From the NCBI RefSeq assembly GCF_964355755.1, contig NC_092679.1:16041432-16105431 (forward strand): a DNA stretch of 64,000 nt, written 5' to 3'. The notes under the pieces are model-generated. The model was not told the DNA's origin, made no database searches, and worked only from the letters and a program-made list of their open reading frames with translations. The stretch is from Antedon mediterranea. Lineage: Eukaryota > Animalia > Echinodermata. The translations under genes were made by a program, and so were the position numbers. Shown piece by piece: positions 1-12,330 of this stretch. The stretch's first letter is position 1. Each line of letters starts with the position of its first letter.

Positions 1-809
1 AATGTCTTAGGTGGGTAGCGGGAACGCGGTGGTTGAGAAGGAAGAGAAGCTGGTCTTTGAAACGGTAAAATCGCTGAACGCATGACTCTTGTGTCATCGG
101 AAGTTTTGATTTCTTCTAATAGGGAAGTCATAGCTTGTGAAATTTCAGGCTTGATGGACGCCAGTGTACGTGAGCGAAGCTCTGTGCCATACCTCTGTTT
201 GACGAGTTGGGGAAGTGAAGGGTGAACTAAGCGTAGCCATGTCAGTGTGAGTAGGTTTTCAAGTGAAGGGGTGAGTTCTTCGTCTTCCGTAATAGGTTGA
301 TTGTGGTGAGTTATAACACTGTCTGCTTGAAGAAGATTGTCATCAATGAAAGCTAGCAAACGTTGGTATAGATCCTCTGGGCGTTCATCTGGGCCCAGAC
401 TAATGTTAGCAAACTCTAAGAAATGAGCCCCACTAGATTGGAACCCGTAATGTAATCGTATGCATTGCCAGATGCAAGGTAGTGATGTGGATGATTTTAC
501 GATAGTGTTTCTTGAGATTACAGGGCAATAGTTAGCAATTTGACCTAACATTAGTTCCAACATGGTTACTTTCTGTTGTGCAGATAAAGCATTAGCTACG
601 TTGTCTTCAAAACCATTGTCATCAGTGAACCCTCGGAGTGGGGAAGCTCTGGTTTTCTTGCCCCACGAGAAACCTTCCACCAGGAAATTGGCGAATTTAG
701 TGTCTAATGTTAACGTGTACATGAGGTTTTGACGCCAATTCTCAAATGTGTTTATTGTTTCGTTTTTACCTAAGCACCATTGCTTGGGGGCACGATTGGA
801 TGCAGCCAT
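1..809 (-). CDS. Gag-like ORF of an LTR retrotransposon (partial, runs off window start)
   Basis: Manual translation from the ATG at 809 is open to position 1 ([33 protein letters not shown]...[22 protein letters not shown]...[17 protein letters not shown]...[19 protein letters not shown]...[25 protein letters not shown]). It lies just downstream of an LTR and PBS. It is missing from the ORF track because there is no stop in the window. Confidence 0.75.
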   Translation of the reverse strand, partial: MAASNRAPKQWCLGKNETINTFENWRQNLMYTLTLDTKFANFLVEGFSWGKKTRASPLRGFTDDNGFEDNVANALSAQQKVTMLELMLGQIANYCPVISRNTIVKSSTSLPCIWQCIRLHYGFQSSGAHFLEFANISLGPDERPEDLYQRLLAFIDDNLLQADSVITHHNQPITEDEELTPSLENLLTLTWLRLVHPSLPQLVKQRYGTELRSRTLASIKPEISQAMTSLLEEIKTSDDTRVMRSAILPFQRPASLPSQPPRSRYPPKT

Positions 810-1041
810 TGTTGTGGTGTTTATACAAAGTGTACTGAATGAAACGTTATTCCTCTATTGACGAACGGAGAATTACAGCGACTGCAGTATGCGCCGGTCA
901 GTTGCTCGCCTGTGGATGTGCGATAACGGCAGTATAAGTACTATAGTTATAGGGCTAGGCCTAGGTCTGCCTCCTGTGTAGACGGTAAGTCGATATTCTT
1001 GTGGGCAGTAAAATGTGTTGCGTAGGATTTTCGTCTCCCGA

Positions 1042-1052
1042 CGCTGCCACCA
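1042..1052 (-). promoter_or_regulatory. Primer binding site, tRNA-Leu-like
   Basis: Minus strand reads TGGTGGCAGCG, complementary to the 3' end of tRNA-Leu(AAG-type) ...CGCTGCCA-CCA. It sits 8 nt from the putative LTR end. Confidence 0.6.
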
Positions 1053-1060
1053 CGCCAACT

Positions 1061-1252
1061 TGGTAATAATATAGACAATACTCACACAGATAATACAACT
1101 GAATAACCGATACTTGAGGTATAACAATAATGTAACTTTATTAACAAAGCAAACAGTAAACATTCGTATGTAAAACAACAACAACAAGGGGGCTCATATG
1201 GAGCGCCGTACGTGACATAACAGCCAAACTGGCGCAGTGTCTACTTACTACA
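1061..1252 (-). mobile_element. Putative 5' LTR (~190 bp)
   Basis: Minus strand TGTAGTAAG...TTATTACCA gives TG...CA termini with an imperfect terminal inverted repeat and an internal AATAAA. It is followed by the PBS and gag. The partner LTR is outside the window. Confidence 0.6.
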
Positions 1253-2782
1253 CGTAAGTTACCATATGAAAATATACAAAAATTCAGCCAAAATTGTCTG
1301 TGTTAATTGCTTATGGGAGGTAAAGTTACCATACAAAAATATACAAAAATTCACATTTTTGCAGTCAAAAAGTGTCTCTGGCCACATGCAGGAGGTGTAC
1401 GATTACATATGCAATAATTAGATAGAAAGAGCATGGGATATTATGTTCATTATGGAAGATGTCTGCTTACGAGAGGTGTATGTCTGCACAGGGAGGTTCA
1501 CTGTACAGTATATAAAAATAATCAATCTTGAAGCGTTTTTCACCCACTACTGTATTTTTGCACAATATTTATTATTAATAACCATCATTATCGTTTGGTT
1601 GTTAATTTGTTTTATATAGTATAAATTCAAACTTTCTATAAATATATATTATTATTTTAGAAATTTATTTATATTAATATCTTAAAAGTTGGCATTAGAA
1701 CATTCTTTAGTGTTTTTTTGTAATTTTTTCCCCCTTTTCAGAGACTTTTAATACATATTTAAATTTAAAACTTACATTACACTACATCCTTTAAATACTT
1801 TTATTAAAAACAGTTTTGTTAATATATTAAAACAAATTACTTAGTCCAGACCACTTTCTATAAAATTCATTCTTTAGTTTTTGGTTGTACAATAGATTTT
1901 CAGAGGAAACTACACAATGCAAATCTTTATTGAAATATTGTAAACATTTACTGTAAAAATGTAAAACCCTTGTGCATATATTCATGTATAATTTATGTCC
2001 TCTGAAATCTGATAGTGTTTACTCGATAACAATTTTAATTTTTGCTTCAAACTCGTTGAAAATGATCAGAGCTGCTAGCCGATTAGTTAGTGGTTTTTAT
2101 TAGACACAAAGGAATATTTTAACGTTGGTTGGATTGTCTACTATCTTAGAAGACATGGAAATGTAAAGGATTTATATCTCAGTTTATGGCGTTTGTGATC
2201 CACCATTTTGTGTGTCAACAACCATGCATACATCTTCTTCGTATTATATTCTTTCTCAATTTGAAAGTATGATAATAAACATATATAAAAGTTAATTCCA
2301 ATAAAATGTTTATTTGAAACAATAAAAAAGATAAATTCTTATTTACTGTGTGTGTATAATATTACAGATCTTGGTCTCTGTTAACTAGTAAACTAGGCCT
2401 AGTTAACTTTGATAATGAATGAAATCAAAAACTCTGATTAACAAAATTCAAACAATGTCAGTTATTCCACAATTAAGCAAGAAATATTTCTTACTACAAA
2501 AAATGACGCTCATCTTACGATAACTACCGTCTACATGCATCTCAATATTTATCAGCAAATGTTTTCGTAGACTCTCTTTTCCCAGACTTGCTTTTTGGGG
2601 TGTGCGCATGCTCAGTCCGAGTTTCCAAATACCCATTTTTTCAGCCGTAGTAACCTATGAGCTACCGCATGGTAATGCCTTTGTTCTCTTGAATATAACT
2701 GCTTAAAGGAGCGGTGCTATAAATGTATATGAATATTTTCATGCATATCTAATACAGTCAAGATAAACAATTTATTGGCCTA

Positions 2783-3163
2783 TAGAGTATCACGGTGTGA
2801 CGTCACAACGAAAGAGGGCGCTGTATGGTTGCTAGACAACCAAAAAATGCGTTCAACGCTACTATATTGATAAACTGTAAAGATCTGTATTTCTATCAAA
2901 TTATGTATCTTAGCTTGATTTTTTTTTAACTTAAACTGTAGTTGAAAAATAAATGATTATTAAAAACAAATGTTTATTGATCTTTTGAAATTTTAGTTTT
3001 TTTTTATTGAAAATTATTAAGTTTTAAAATGACTACTTCAATAAGCCTATTCCAAACCATTGGTGACTTTGGAGTCACTCAGGCAGGTTTGAACGCATTT
3101 TTAGTTGCGCTAGCAACCACGTAGCGCCACCTACCGTCATGACGTCAGCACCGTGATACTCTA
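2783..3163. mobile_element. Non-autonomous TIR element (MITE), possibly ISL2EU/Harbinger-type
   Basis: About 75-bp imperfect TIRs: ATAGAGTATCACGGTGTGACGTCA...AAAATGCGTTC versus GAACGCATTTT...TGACGTCAGCACCGTGATACTCTAT. Confidence 0.75.
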
Positions 3164-3239
3164 TAGGTAAACAGGATGAGAATGGTAAAATGTTAATTGA
3201 GTTCACAATTTCAAATTTGTCGACATTCAAACAACTCCT

Positions 3240-3352
3240 GAAATCCCAATTCGCATTTTCTTTAGTTTTAGCTCTTCTTTTTTCTGTTGATTGTTCAGCG
3301 CTTAGAGGCGTCCTCCATTTTGCGCTATAGTAAATTGAACATTATTATTAAT
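3240..3352 (+). mobile_element. 3' end fragment of L2-type LINE/SINE
   Basis: CAGCGCTTAGAG...GCGCTATAGTAAAT followed by an (ATT)n tail, typical of L2-clade 3' ends. Confidence 0.45.
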
Positions 3353-4348
3353 TCAACAATAAAAGTGAAACCAATATCCGGGTTACATTGAGTAATTACT
3401 AAAGGTATTATGCATTTTCTAAGGGAAAACTTATTTTATATTATTGACATGAAAACTAATATAATGATACTTAGTGTATGTCCGATCTCCGGTTACAAAA
3501 CGTAACCCATAGTTTCCTCACTGCCTTGTTTTAGACTCCTCCGCTATGAAACTAAAATGAACAATAAGTAACGTGTAAACAATTATTTGTTTAATCCAGA
3601 CAAATTTATCGAGGATGATTTGAAAATAGTTTCATAGAATCGTCACGTACTGGGAGATGAAATCGTGTTATTTGCAATTTGGCAAACCAGACGCAACAAC
3701 AACGATATTAACAAACAAGGTCAAAAGGTTGGTTTTTGCGTATTACAAAAGATATTACATATGAACATGATACCTATTTAATCACGGTATTAATACTAAT
3801 AGTTATATTCTCATCTGACATCATCGCAAGATGGACATTAGGCCACCAATCATATTGAAGTATAGAGAGACAGGCTATGTGATGTTTTTTTATGTGTCCT
3901 GTTTACAAAAATAATACATCAGTATAATAATTAGATGTTATTTTTTATATGTATGTTGTTGGTAAACATTCTAAATCTTGCAATTGTTACTTTTGTATTT
4001 GATATATTGTCAACTTCATCAAACTATTGTTTCGATTGGTCTGTAAAAAACACCACTAGTCTTCTTTTAGTTGACGATCATGCGTTTCTGCTGGCTCCCC
4101 ATCCTGCATCAACTCGTTTAAGCAAACACATAAGCGTGTGAATGGTCATATTCTCTGATGTTTCTATCAATGTTGTGTTTCCTTTTTCTTTTCAAAATTG
4201 TTGAAAGAAATATTGTCAATACACTATCAGCTATAGAACCTCTTCTTTGGGACAATCTTAAACTCTGTTTGTGCCTAAATATGGTAGTAATATGCCCAAA
4301 TATGCTAGTGGTGTGACATCATCATGTCCATGGGCACCTTTTTTAGAA

Positions 4349-4598
4349 CTATAGCACCCGATTCCCAGTGCTGTATCCCCACATACTATCTATTTCAAAA
4401 GTATCATAGGAATATGTGTGATACAGCATCTCATTTATATCACATTATGTGGTGCCTGTATCTTGTAAGGTTAGGTTAAGGGATAGGTTAATACTAGATA
4501 CATGTGAAGCACATGTGATGTTATTTATTATTATTACTAAATATTCCTATGATACTTCAGAAATAGATAATACAGTATCGAGAATCGGCTGACTATAT
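4349..4598. mobile_element. Small TIR element; a partial inverted relative lies at ~44715-44945
   Basis: Ends TATAGCACCCGATTCCCAGTGCTG / CAGTATCGAGAATCGGCTGACTATA are imperfect inverted repeats. The internal GGTTAGGTTA and GTGATACAGCATC motifs recur near 44790-44850. Confidence 0.5.
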
Positions 4599-5872
4599 AA
4601 CATTCTCACCAAAAAATAATAATCCTGAGTGATAATACCTCAAAACAGACCTAGATTTTGCTTCATATATTTATTCTGCAAAGATACTTACTGTATTTGT
4701 CTTTTCTCTGAAACTACTCTCGTAATATCTTCTATTTTCAGCGAACGAAAGGTCATATCAGTAACTTTTCTGTCAGGATCTTTTTTTTAAATACCCGTTT
4801 AAAGTGATGCAACGATTGGTCAGATTTTCCTGCCAAGAAATACTTTTCATTTTTACTGTTATAACCTTTTAATTAAAAAAACAGTATACTAAAATAAACT
4901 GATTCTGAGAAGTTAATTAAATGCGTATAAAAATGTAATAGTTTTCTTTCCATTAGGATTTGTATCCGTTTATTTGTGCAGTTGTCAAAGAGCATACGTT
5001 AAATTGTGATTTATGATACCAAAATAATCATAACTATAATCAAATATAATATTGTGTATTGTTTAAACTATTTAAGTGATTTTAATTAGGAATTTTAAGA
5101 ACTAAACTATTAATTACTCAGTGACTAATATTAAAATAATGATGTCTAAATTGTGACAGGTAACAACATTTTTTTTGAGTGTCAAAAGATTTAAACTTGA
5201 AACCTTTTGTTTTATAGTACATGTAGATAACTTTCTTCTAGACCACTTTAGATTTCATGGTTTGTTTACTTTTTACACCCTTAATTTGGCACAGTGAAAC
5301 AACATTTTTTTAAACTGAATGCTTTAGGAAGATTTAACTGCTAATTTAACAAAAATAAATAGAATTTAAGGAAGGATTTAAATAAGTTACTGTATGTACA
5401 AATTTGAAATTAAACAACATATATTCAATAACAAGTTGATACATCTTAGTGAGACTCAACAAGGCGACTAATATAATATAAACATTTTAATGGAAAGATT
5501 TGTCACAAATATGGCATTAAAATTGAATTTAACATCGGCAAGCTGTTGAAGAATTCAATTTAATTGTCTTACCAGTATTCACATATTTGCAATGTGTCGT
5601 TTTAATTAAACCTAATTTCATTCCAAACAATATTACTCTTGGATTTTATGCGGTGGTTGACATCTAATATAACAGAAACGCAAACAAGTTAATGACAGCA
5701 AAGAAGGGAATTAATTGACTGGCTAACGATTACAATCGAGTGCTAAGATGGGAAATGGTAGAAAATGGTTGTCATTAACAAGGTATTAAATTAATAAATA
5801 AATATAAAATAAAGTTTGGTTTAAGTTCACCCAAGAATTACTTTGGAAATGTTCTCAAATGTACTTATATAT

Positions 5873-6011
5873 AGCTCTATATACAGTATCAAACTAATAG
5901 TTTGACAAAAAAAAGTGTGATGTTTTCAAATATAGTAGTGATATGACATCATAATGTCCATGGAAACATCACATTTCTTGTCACATAAAGTTTTAAAGTG
6001 TAGACAGAGCT
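5873..6011. mobile_element. MITE family A (PIF/Harbinger-like, consensus TIR AGCTCTGTCTACACTATCAAAC)
   Basis: Degenerate left TIR, right TIR GTGTAGACAGAGCT followed by TAA, internal GTAGTGATAT unit. About 12 copies occur in the window. Confidence 0.8.
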
Positions 6012-8186
6012 TAAGATACAGTACGATAACAAAAAATAAAATTAATGTATTTAGGGTTTATCATGAGATATACTAATAAAGAATAATTGTGGGCTTGCCT
6101 AGATGCCATTAGACATGGCAGAAATACCTTGTCTTTAAAGGTCTATTAAAGCTCATGAGCGCACATCAAGATTCATTTGCAGGTTACAAACTAACCCTTT
6201 AAAACTTTGAAAAACATTTTTCAAATCATTCATTCAAAAAAAATTATTATTGTCATTGTTATATTGTAATTTGTGTATGGGTTTCCCATTCAACAGTAAT
6301 TTACTTCACTCTTTGTTTTTCCTGTCTCCTGTTTTTCTGTTATTTTATTGTTATTTGTGTTGTCCTTGTTTTTTTCAGACAAAAAATAAATAAAATTAAA
6401 TAAAAAAATGTTTATCTGGTTCCAAACACTTTTCGTGAACAACTAGATTTAGGATGTTCCAGTTTTTTGGTGCCAGGAGCATTTCCGGTGCTTAAAGGTT
6501 TCGCCTTATACAAGCCAAGACGCTTTACTCTACTTAATACTGTAAAAGCATAGGGTTAATAAAATCATTTAGAACCAATTTCTGAGATTTACTTTATTGT
6601 TGATATAAAAGCAAATCTTGGTGATGTTCGCGAAGATGGCTCTTAGTGTTATAATAAATAAATTGATGGTATACCTACTAGCTGATTTACTTTGTGTAAT
6701 GGCTCATTTGAAAGATCTAAGACTTCTTAAACTCATTTCTATTTCATTCCCCTGAGAAATAGCTGTAACAAGATATATGAATCCAAATAAAATTACTGAA
6801 AAATGACAATACTGTATGTATCAGTGGTTGAACCTCAACTGAGATTCAAATAAAATAAGCAAACAGCTAAATCAAAATAGTACAGTAAAACAGTCAGAAG
6901 TTCCAAGCTTTTTTTGGAAAACAATATTCCTTTCACTCGGATATCCCATGGAGTAATTACTCCATGGATATCCACATATTTCAGTGTGAATAAATTAACC
7001 CCAGAAATAGGACAATTTTTAAGTAACTGGTTAAATGGCAGCACAAAAAACAGTTACAAACACCCATTCAATTCGGTGTTAGAATGCCATTTAACCAGTT
7101 ATTGCTGATTTGATTGACAGCTGCTGACCAACTATACACTGCAGTAACGTTACAGGACTAATTGCATTTTGGGTAATTCTAACCATTTTTGTCAACAACC
7201 ACCCACTGACATAAATGCAGTCAATATAAAAATTACATTTTAAATCTATTTTGAAATAAACGGTTTATTCGGTGAGACGACTTTTGTTTTTTTTTTTTAT
7301 ATTTGCTTTTTCATATTGACATTTGAAAGTATTTGTAGACAGAAATCTACATTCTGTCTCGATTTTGAATTGAATATACAAAATCACAGTGACCTCAGTT
7401 TTGTTTAAAGGTCATTGTTGATTAATTTGATTGGTCTATATTGGAAATGTTCCTATGTTTTACACTATTATATAGCGACATTCTTGGTCGAGTTATTTGA
7501 CAAATTGCCAGTAATTCTCGGATATTCTCTGAAATGCCTCAAACTACTCACTATCAATCTTGCCTTATCTTCGAAAATTTAACTAAAGAGAAAAGGATAT
7601 TGGGCGAGGGTGATTTGGTTGTTAAAAAGCTCATCGTAATGCCGAATAATATTGGTAGAATGAGGTACGCTAATTGCGGTGGTATATAAATATTGGACAA
7701 TGGCCCTCCTGTTCTTTTACCGTTAAGCCGTATTAATCCCCTCGACGCACTTTTCAGCTTTATGAGGAAGACTTTAATAGAATCTATCGTATTAGTACAC
7801 GAAAACCGCAACATGTTGTTAGTTAGGTTTTAGTAAGATGTATTAAAAGTGTAGGCGATCGTGACAGGTGTTCTTAATATCCACCTGTGGATGCTAATTT
7901 AATTGTATGTTTCAGTCTATAACAGAAGAGAAGAATGTTATACAAACAATAAATATTTATGCGTGGAATGGAGACGATATTTTCATGAGTTGAAAAATGG
8001 GATTGCTCTATTACATTAAATAAACAAGTACATCTTTCAACGATTAAGAATGTTCTATATTCCATGAATACAAAATATTTGTTGTTTGTCTTTTACACAC
8101 TGTCACCTTCCTGTACCTGTTTAAAGCTAGGCCTTGCCCATCATAATAATAGGTGCACACAATTTGGCAACAGATTAAAGTTGTTA

Positions 8187-8885
8187 TAGACATGCACATT
8201 ACAGGTTGATTTGCACACGATTTTTAGATATGCACATTACAGGTTGATTCGCACACGATTTTTAGATATGCACATTACAGGTTGATTCGCACACGATTTT
8301 TAGACATGCACATAAACAGGTTGATTTGCACACGATTTTTAGATATGCACATTACTCAGGTTGATTTGCACACGATTTTTAGACATGCACATAAACAGGT
8401 TGATTTGCACACGATTTTTAGACATGCACATAAACAGGTTGATTTGCACACGATTTTTAGACATGCACATAAACAGGTTGATTTGCACACGATTTTTAGA
8501 CATGCACATAAACAGGTTGATTTGCACACGATTTTTAGACATGCACATAAACAGGTTGATTTGCACACAATTTTTAGACATGCACATAAACAGGTTGATT
8601 TGCACATGATTTTTAGATATGCACATAAACAGGTTGATTTGCACACGATTTTTAGACATGCACATAAACAGGTTGATTTGCACACGATTTTTAGACATGC
8701 ACATTACAGGTTGATTTGCACACAATTTTTAGACATGCACATAAACAGGTTGATTTGCACACGATTTTTAGACATGCACATTACAGGTTGATTTGCACAC
8801 GATTTTTAGACATGCACATTACAGGTTGATTCGCACACGATTTTTAGACATGCACATTACAGGTTGATTTGCACACAATTTTTAA
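8187..8885. repeat. Minisatellite, 38-39 bp unit, ~18 copies
   Basis: Unit ACAGGTTGATTTGCACACGATTTTTAGACATGCACAT(AA/T) arranged head-to-tail with no spacers. Confidence 0.97.
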
Positions 8886-9129
8886 CGTACAATATGTACC
8901 AAAACCATGCATTCAAAGGAGGAGGAAGTGAGGATAGATCCAAAGCGGTAATAACATTTGTAGTTCAATTAAATTAAGACTGGCTTTCCCTGCTCATCTA
9001 AAGAAAAACCAATTATTGTAACTGTATGAGTACACCTACCGTACTTGCTGGTGCTTATACTATTGTAAGCTATCCACACAATCCATAGGGGGAGGGGGGG
9101 GCAACATTAAGGGTACGCACTCCTCTCTT

Positions 9130-9620
9130 TAATTTGATAACTTTATTTCGTCCACATAGTGCTTTTCACAATATAGTACAAAAATATATAAAAGCGTTTC
9201 ATATAAAAATAATTAATTACAATATTTAAAAACACTATATATTATTTAACAATGTACAAGTATGAACATAAAACTAATATTGACTATATAAATAATAAAA
9301 CGCTGCAATACATCAAAAATTTCAAAAATTATGCAATATCATTTAACAGTCTAATGGAATACGGAACAAAAAAATTAAAATATCGCATAACCCTACTATT
9401 GCACGATCTCAGCACATTTAGTCTTTTTGATCTCATTTTAACATAATGTTTATTTAAAGGGTGGTTTGAGTCGTCGCATATTTTCATAGCCTTATTTCTT
9501 ATGATTTTGTTGCAAAGGTCATCCAAATTATGTCTAGATCCTGTGATCCTACCTACTTTATTTAATATTCGTTGTAATCTGGTTTTTTCTTCTGTTCTAC
9601 ATCCAGACTCAATGCTAAAT
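9130..9620 (-). mobile_element. 5'-truncated Rex1/Babar-like LINE relic (RT C-terminus and 3' UTR)
   Basis: ORF 9329-9634 reads RLQRILNKVGRITG...ICDDSNHPLNKHY...RYFNFFVPYSIRLLN. This matches the C-terminal pattern of the intact element at 23.7-26.7 kb (DASHPLH...RFAKSFIPSGI). AATAAA lies near 9145. Confidence 0.75.
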
Positions 9621-11113
9621 GAATTTATGAACAATCAATATATTACATACTGTATATTTCAATTATATACACTTGAAATACACAAACCAGTGCTACGTAA
9701 TCAACCAATCAAACTTTACCAAGCACTTTTCAATATTTGGCCGATATAAAGCATCATAAACAAATCTATAAAAAGAAAATAAAAACTTTGAGTAGATTAT
9801 TAGAAGGAAAATTAAAATGAATGGTGATTCAATATTGGAAACGTATTCATGTATAAGATGATTTATATATTGACTGAATACAAGTTGATGAAGATGAATT
9901 GCGTTTCTTTCATTTGGAAATACAAGTTTGCACGCCAGTTTAAACAGCCATGTGAATGAGAGATGGATGGATGATTTACGAATAACACCAAATACACAAG
10001 AGCACTGAGAACATAGGTCAAGATTGCCTTGCCACTCAGAAACTCATATACGAAACGGCAAAATATAATGACATGTACCAAATCAATTAGAACCTGTGTA
10101 TTATCTATATTGTTTTTTGTTTTTTTAAAGATTAGTTATTAGTATTTTGTAATTATTTTTTTTAAATTTATTGATATGCAAAGGATTGAAATAAAGCATT
10201 TTAACAAAACATTTTACACTATATTTTATATACACTTGTAAGTTTTAGATACCGTCCGTAATCTGAAGTTCAAAAAGCAAGTCCACTGTTGCTTACAAAT
10301 TTGAATCAAACTTCCATTTGCTAGAACGTATTGAAAAGAGTTTTGAAAATGGTGGTACGTCCGTAGATATGTAAATAATTATACATTATTATTTAAATTA
10401 TTATTTGATGATTATCATACTGTACAAACAAAAGTTTCCCTACAGATAGTAGCTGTTTATTACTGAAATACGATGTGTAACTTTGATACACAAAACAAAT
10501 ATGATTGAAAATTCGAAACATTTTTTTTGATACTGTATTCATATACAATACATGCATAGAGATATAGTGAACTATATAATATCTATTATTATAATATATA
10601 TTAATTTGGATTAAACAAGGAAGGTAAACCTTGAAGGCTTTTTCGGCATAATGAACATTATTAATAATGAGATATGAGGTATATATGTTGGACTTTAGCA
10701 TTATGGTCATAAAGGTATTCATTCCTGTTACTGTTTAAAGTTTGTTTATAATAGATAATAACATTTATGGGAAATTGTATGAATTACAAAACAAAGTTTC
10801 TTGCCTAACATACCGTGGGCTTGGCAGTCCCGTAGTCGGACTATACTGTACAGGATTCGTAACATTTACCAGCTTACTTAAAATCAGGTATGTAGCCTAA
10901 ACATTCTTAAAAGGTTTAATGTTGTTAGTGTGGTTTCAAGCAAGCCCTCCCCTTATTATTATTATTATATGGATCAGACAGAATGAGGCTGAAAATATTT
11001 GCTTAGATATCACTCGACAATCTAAACCCTAAATTCATAATTGTTATGGCAAATGCTTCACGAACTTATATTTTACATATAATGTTTAATTTTATTTATT
11101 CAAGTACAAATAC

Positions 11114-11554
11114 ATGATGGTGGATATCATTGCTGAATTTCAGCCACACTGTGTTTTTATTGGATCAGATCTTCGAATACAGTGTCGTGTGAATGGATTA
11201 GAGAAGAGACATTTTGTAAGCTGGGTTAAAGAAGGAATAGAGATTACCAGAGGTGAAAAGATATTGGTATTAGACAATAACATTAATAAACGTATATTGC
11301 CTATAGTTGGTGATGGCGGGTTATTTATTCTTGAAATAAAGAAAACAGAGGCATGTGATGAAGGAACGTATTCACTTAGAGTTTACGAACAGAATTGTGA
11401 TAAGACTGCATACCAAATTGAACAAAAAGAAGTTACATTTCTGAGTGTTAAAGATGATAATCTAGATGACGAGGATAGGATACTTTTCGGTGCCTCATTT
11501 GTTGATGAAGAAGATGATTACATGGACAGCCAGTTTTATGGGAACCTACAATAA
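11114..11554 (+). CDS. Single immunoglobulin (I/V-set-like) domain protein with acidic tail, 146 aa
   Basis: Ig hallmarks: LRIQCRV (B-strand Cys), VSWVK (C-strand Trp), LFILEI (E strand) and DEGTYSL (D-x-G-x-Y with the F-strand Cys replaced). Possible upstream intron GT10888..AG11104. AATAAA at 11642. Confidence 0.65.
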   Translation: MMVDIIAEFQPHCVFIGSDLRIQCRVNGLEKRHFVSWVKEGIEITRGEKILVLDNNINKRILPIVGDGGLFILEIKKTEACDEGTYSLRVYEQNCDKTAYQIEQKEVTFLSVKDDNLDDEDRILFGASFVDEEDDYMDSQFYGNLQ

Positions 11555-12014
11555 ACAAATAACATGCTTAACTTTAAAAATACTTTTAACCTTAATTTCC
11601 AATTATTTACACCAAGATGAATACAAACAATTGTTGCAGGCAATAAAGCAGGCCTAACTTAAGACAATTACATTTTAACAAGAATGTTGCTTTCTTCAGA
11701 AACTAAAAGTTGTTTGGATATTAATTGTTACTGGATGTAGGCCTATCCATCAGTCTTCCATTGTATGTAGTCTTTTCTGAGCCAGTTTTATTCTGTTTTC
11801 TATTCCTGTGTTTCTTGTGAGTAAGGTGTAACTCTACATCCCATCTGTTGTATTTTCTACTGAGTATGTTTTAAATTCCTTTAATATTGGCAACACATTT
11901 AAACATTGTTGAACTTACAAGAATACAAGCAATAAAAACTAAAAACAATTTCATCTGGTTTAGATTCAGTAATCAAATAAAGTTCATACAATATTAACCG
12001 GTGGACAAAACTTA

Positions 12015-12330
12015 GCCTCTGTTCTTCGTTTTATCTTGTTTCTTTATGCTAATCCATTCTTTAATTTTTAGGTTTAAGCCAAACTTGTTCTTTGTGTAAT
12101 ATGTCTATAATTTCCCAAATGAGGATATGGTCATATTAGGTCATGTGGTCGGTGATTGCTGATTTGTGTAACTGAAAAGATGCGCGTATACGTTTCATCC
12201 ACGTCTTTTATTCTTGTTTTAAATTCCTTACACATTTATTCGATGTACATCATTTCACAATTGGTACAACCTACTCTAAACTACACCGCAAGAGTATTCT
12301 TTGTATGATTTTTTAAAATTTTATTAGATC
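12015..12330 (-). mobile_element. Degraded Penelope-like element, GIY-YIG endonuclease relic
   Basis: Minus-strand translation across stops and frameshifts gives GVV*..RVGCTNCEMMYIE*MCKEFKTRIKD...KSAITDHMT*YDHILIWEIIDILHKEQVWLK..IKEWISIKKQDKTKNRG. This follows the PLE pattern GVVY..C..C...YIGET.R..KTRIKEH...SA.A.H......I.W....IL..E......IKE.I.I.....N. Confidence 0.7.

Noticed and set aside
873-1187. 104-aa minus-strand ORF
   Set aside because: Overlaps the LTR, PBS and leader of the retrotransposon; no protein motifs.
3935-4141. Hydrophobic ORF as candidate receptor exon 1
   Set aside because: No Cys-cluster typical of GPHR N-termini, it ends in a stop, and I saw no suitable phase-2 donor.
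8187-8885. CRISPR-like array or His-rich repeat protein (ORFs 8282-8791 etc.)
   Set aside because: Units are contiguous with no unique spacers, there are no cas genes, and the context is eukaryotic. ORFs on both strands arise because the 39-bp unit is a multiple of 3.
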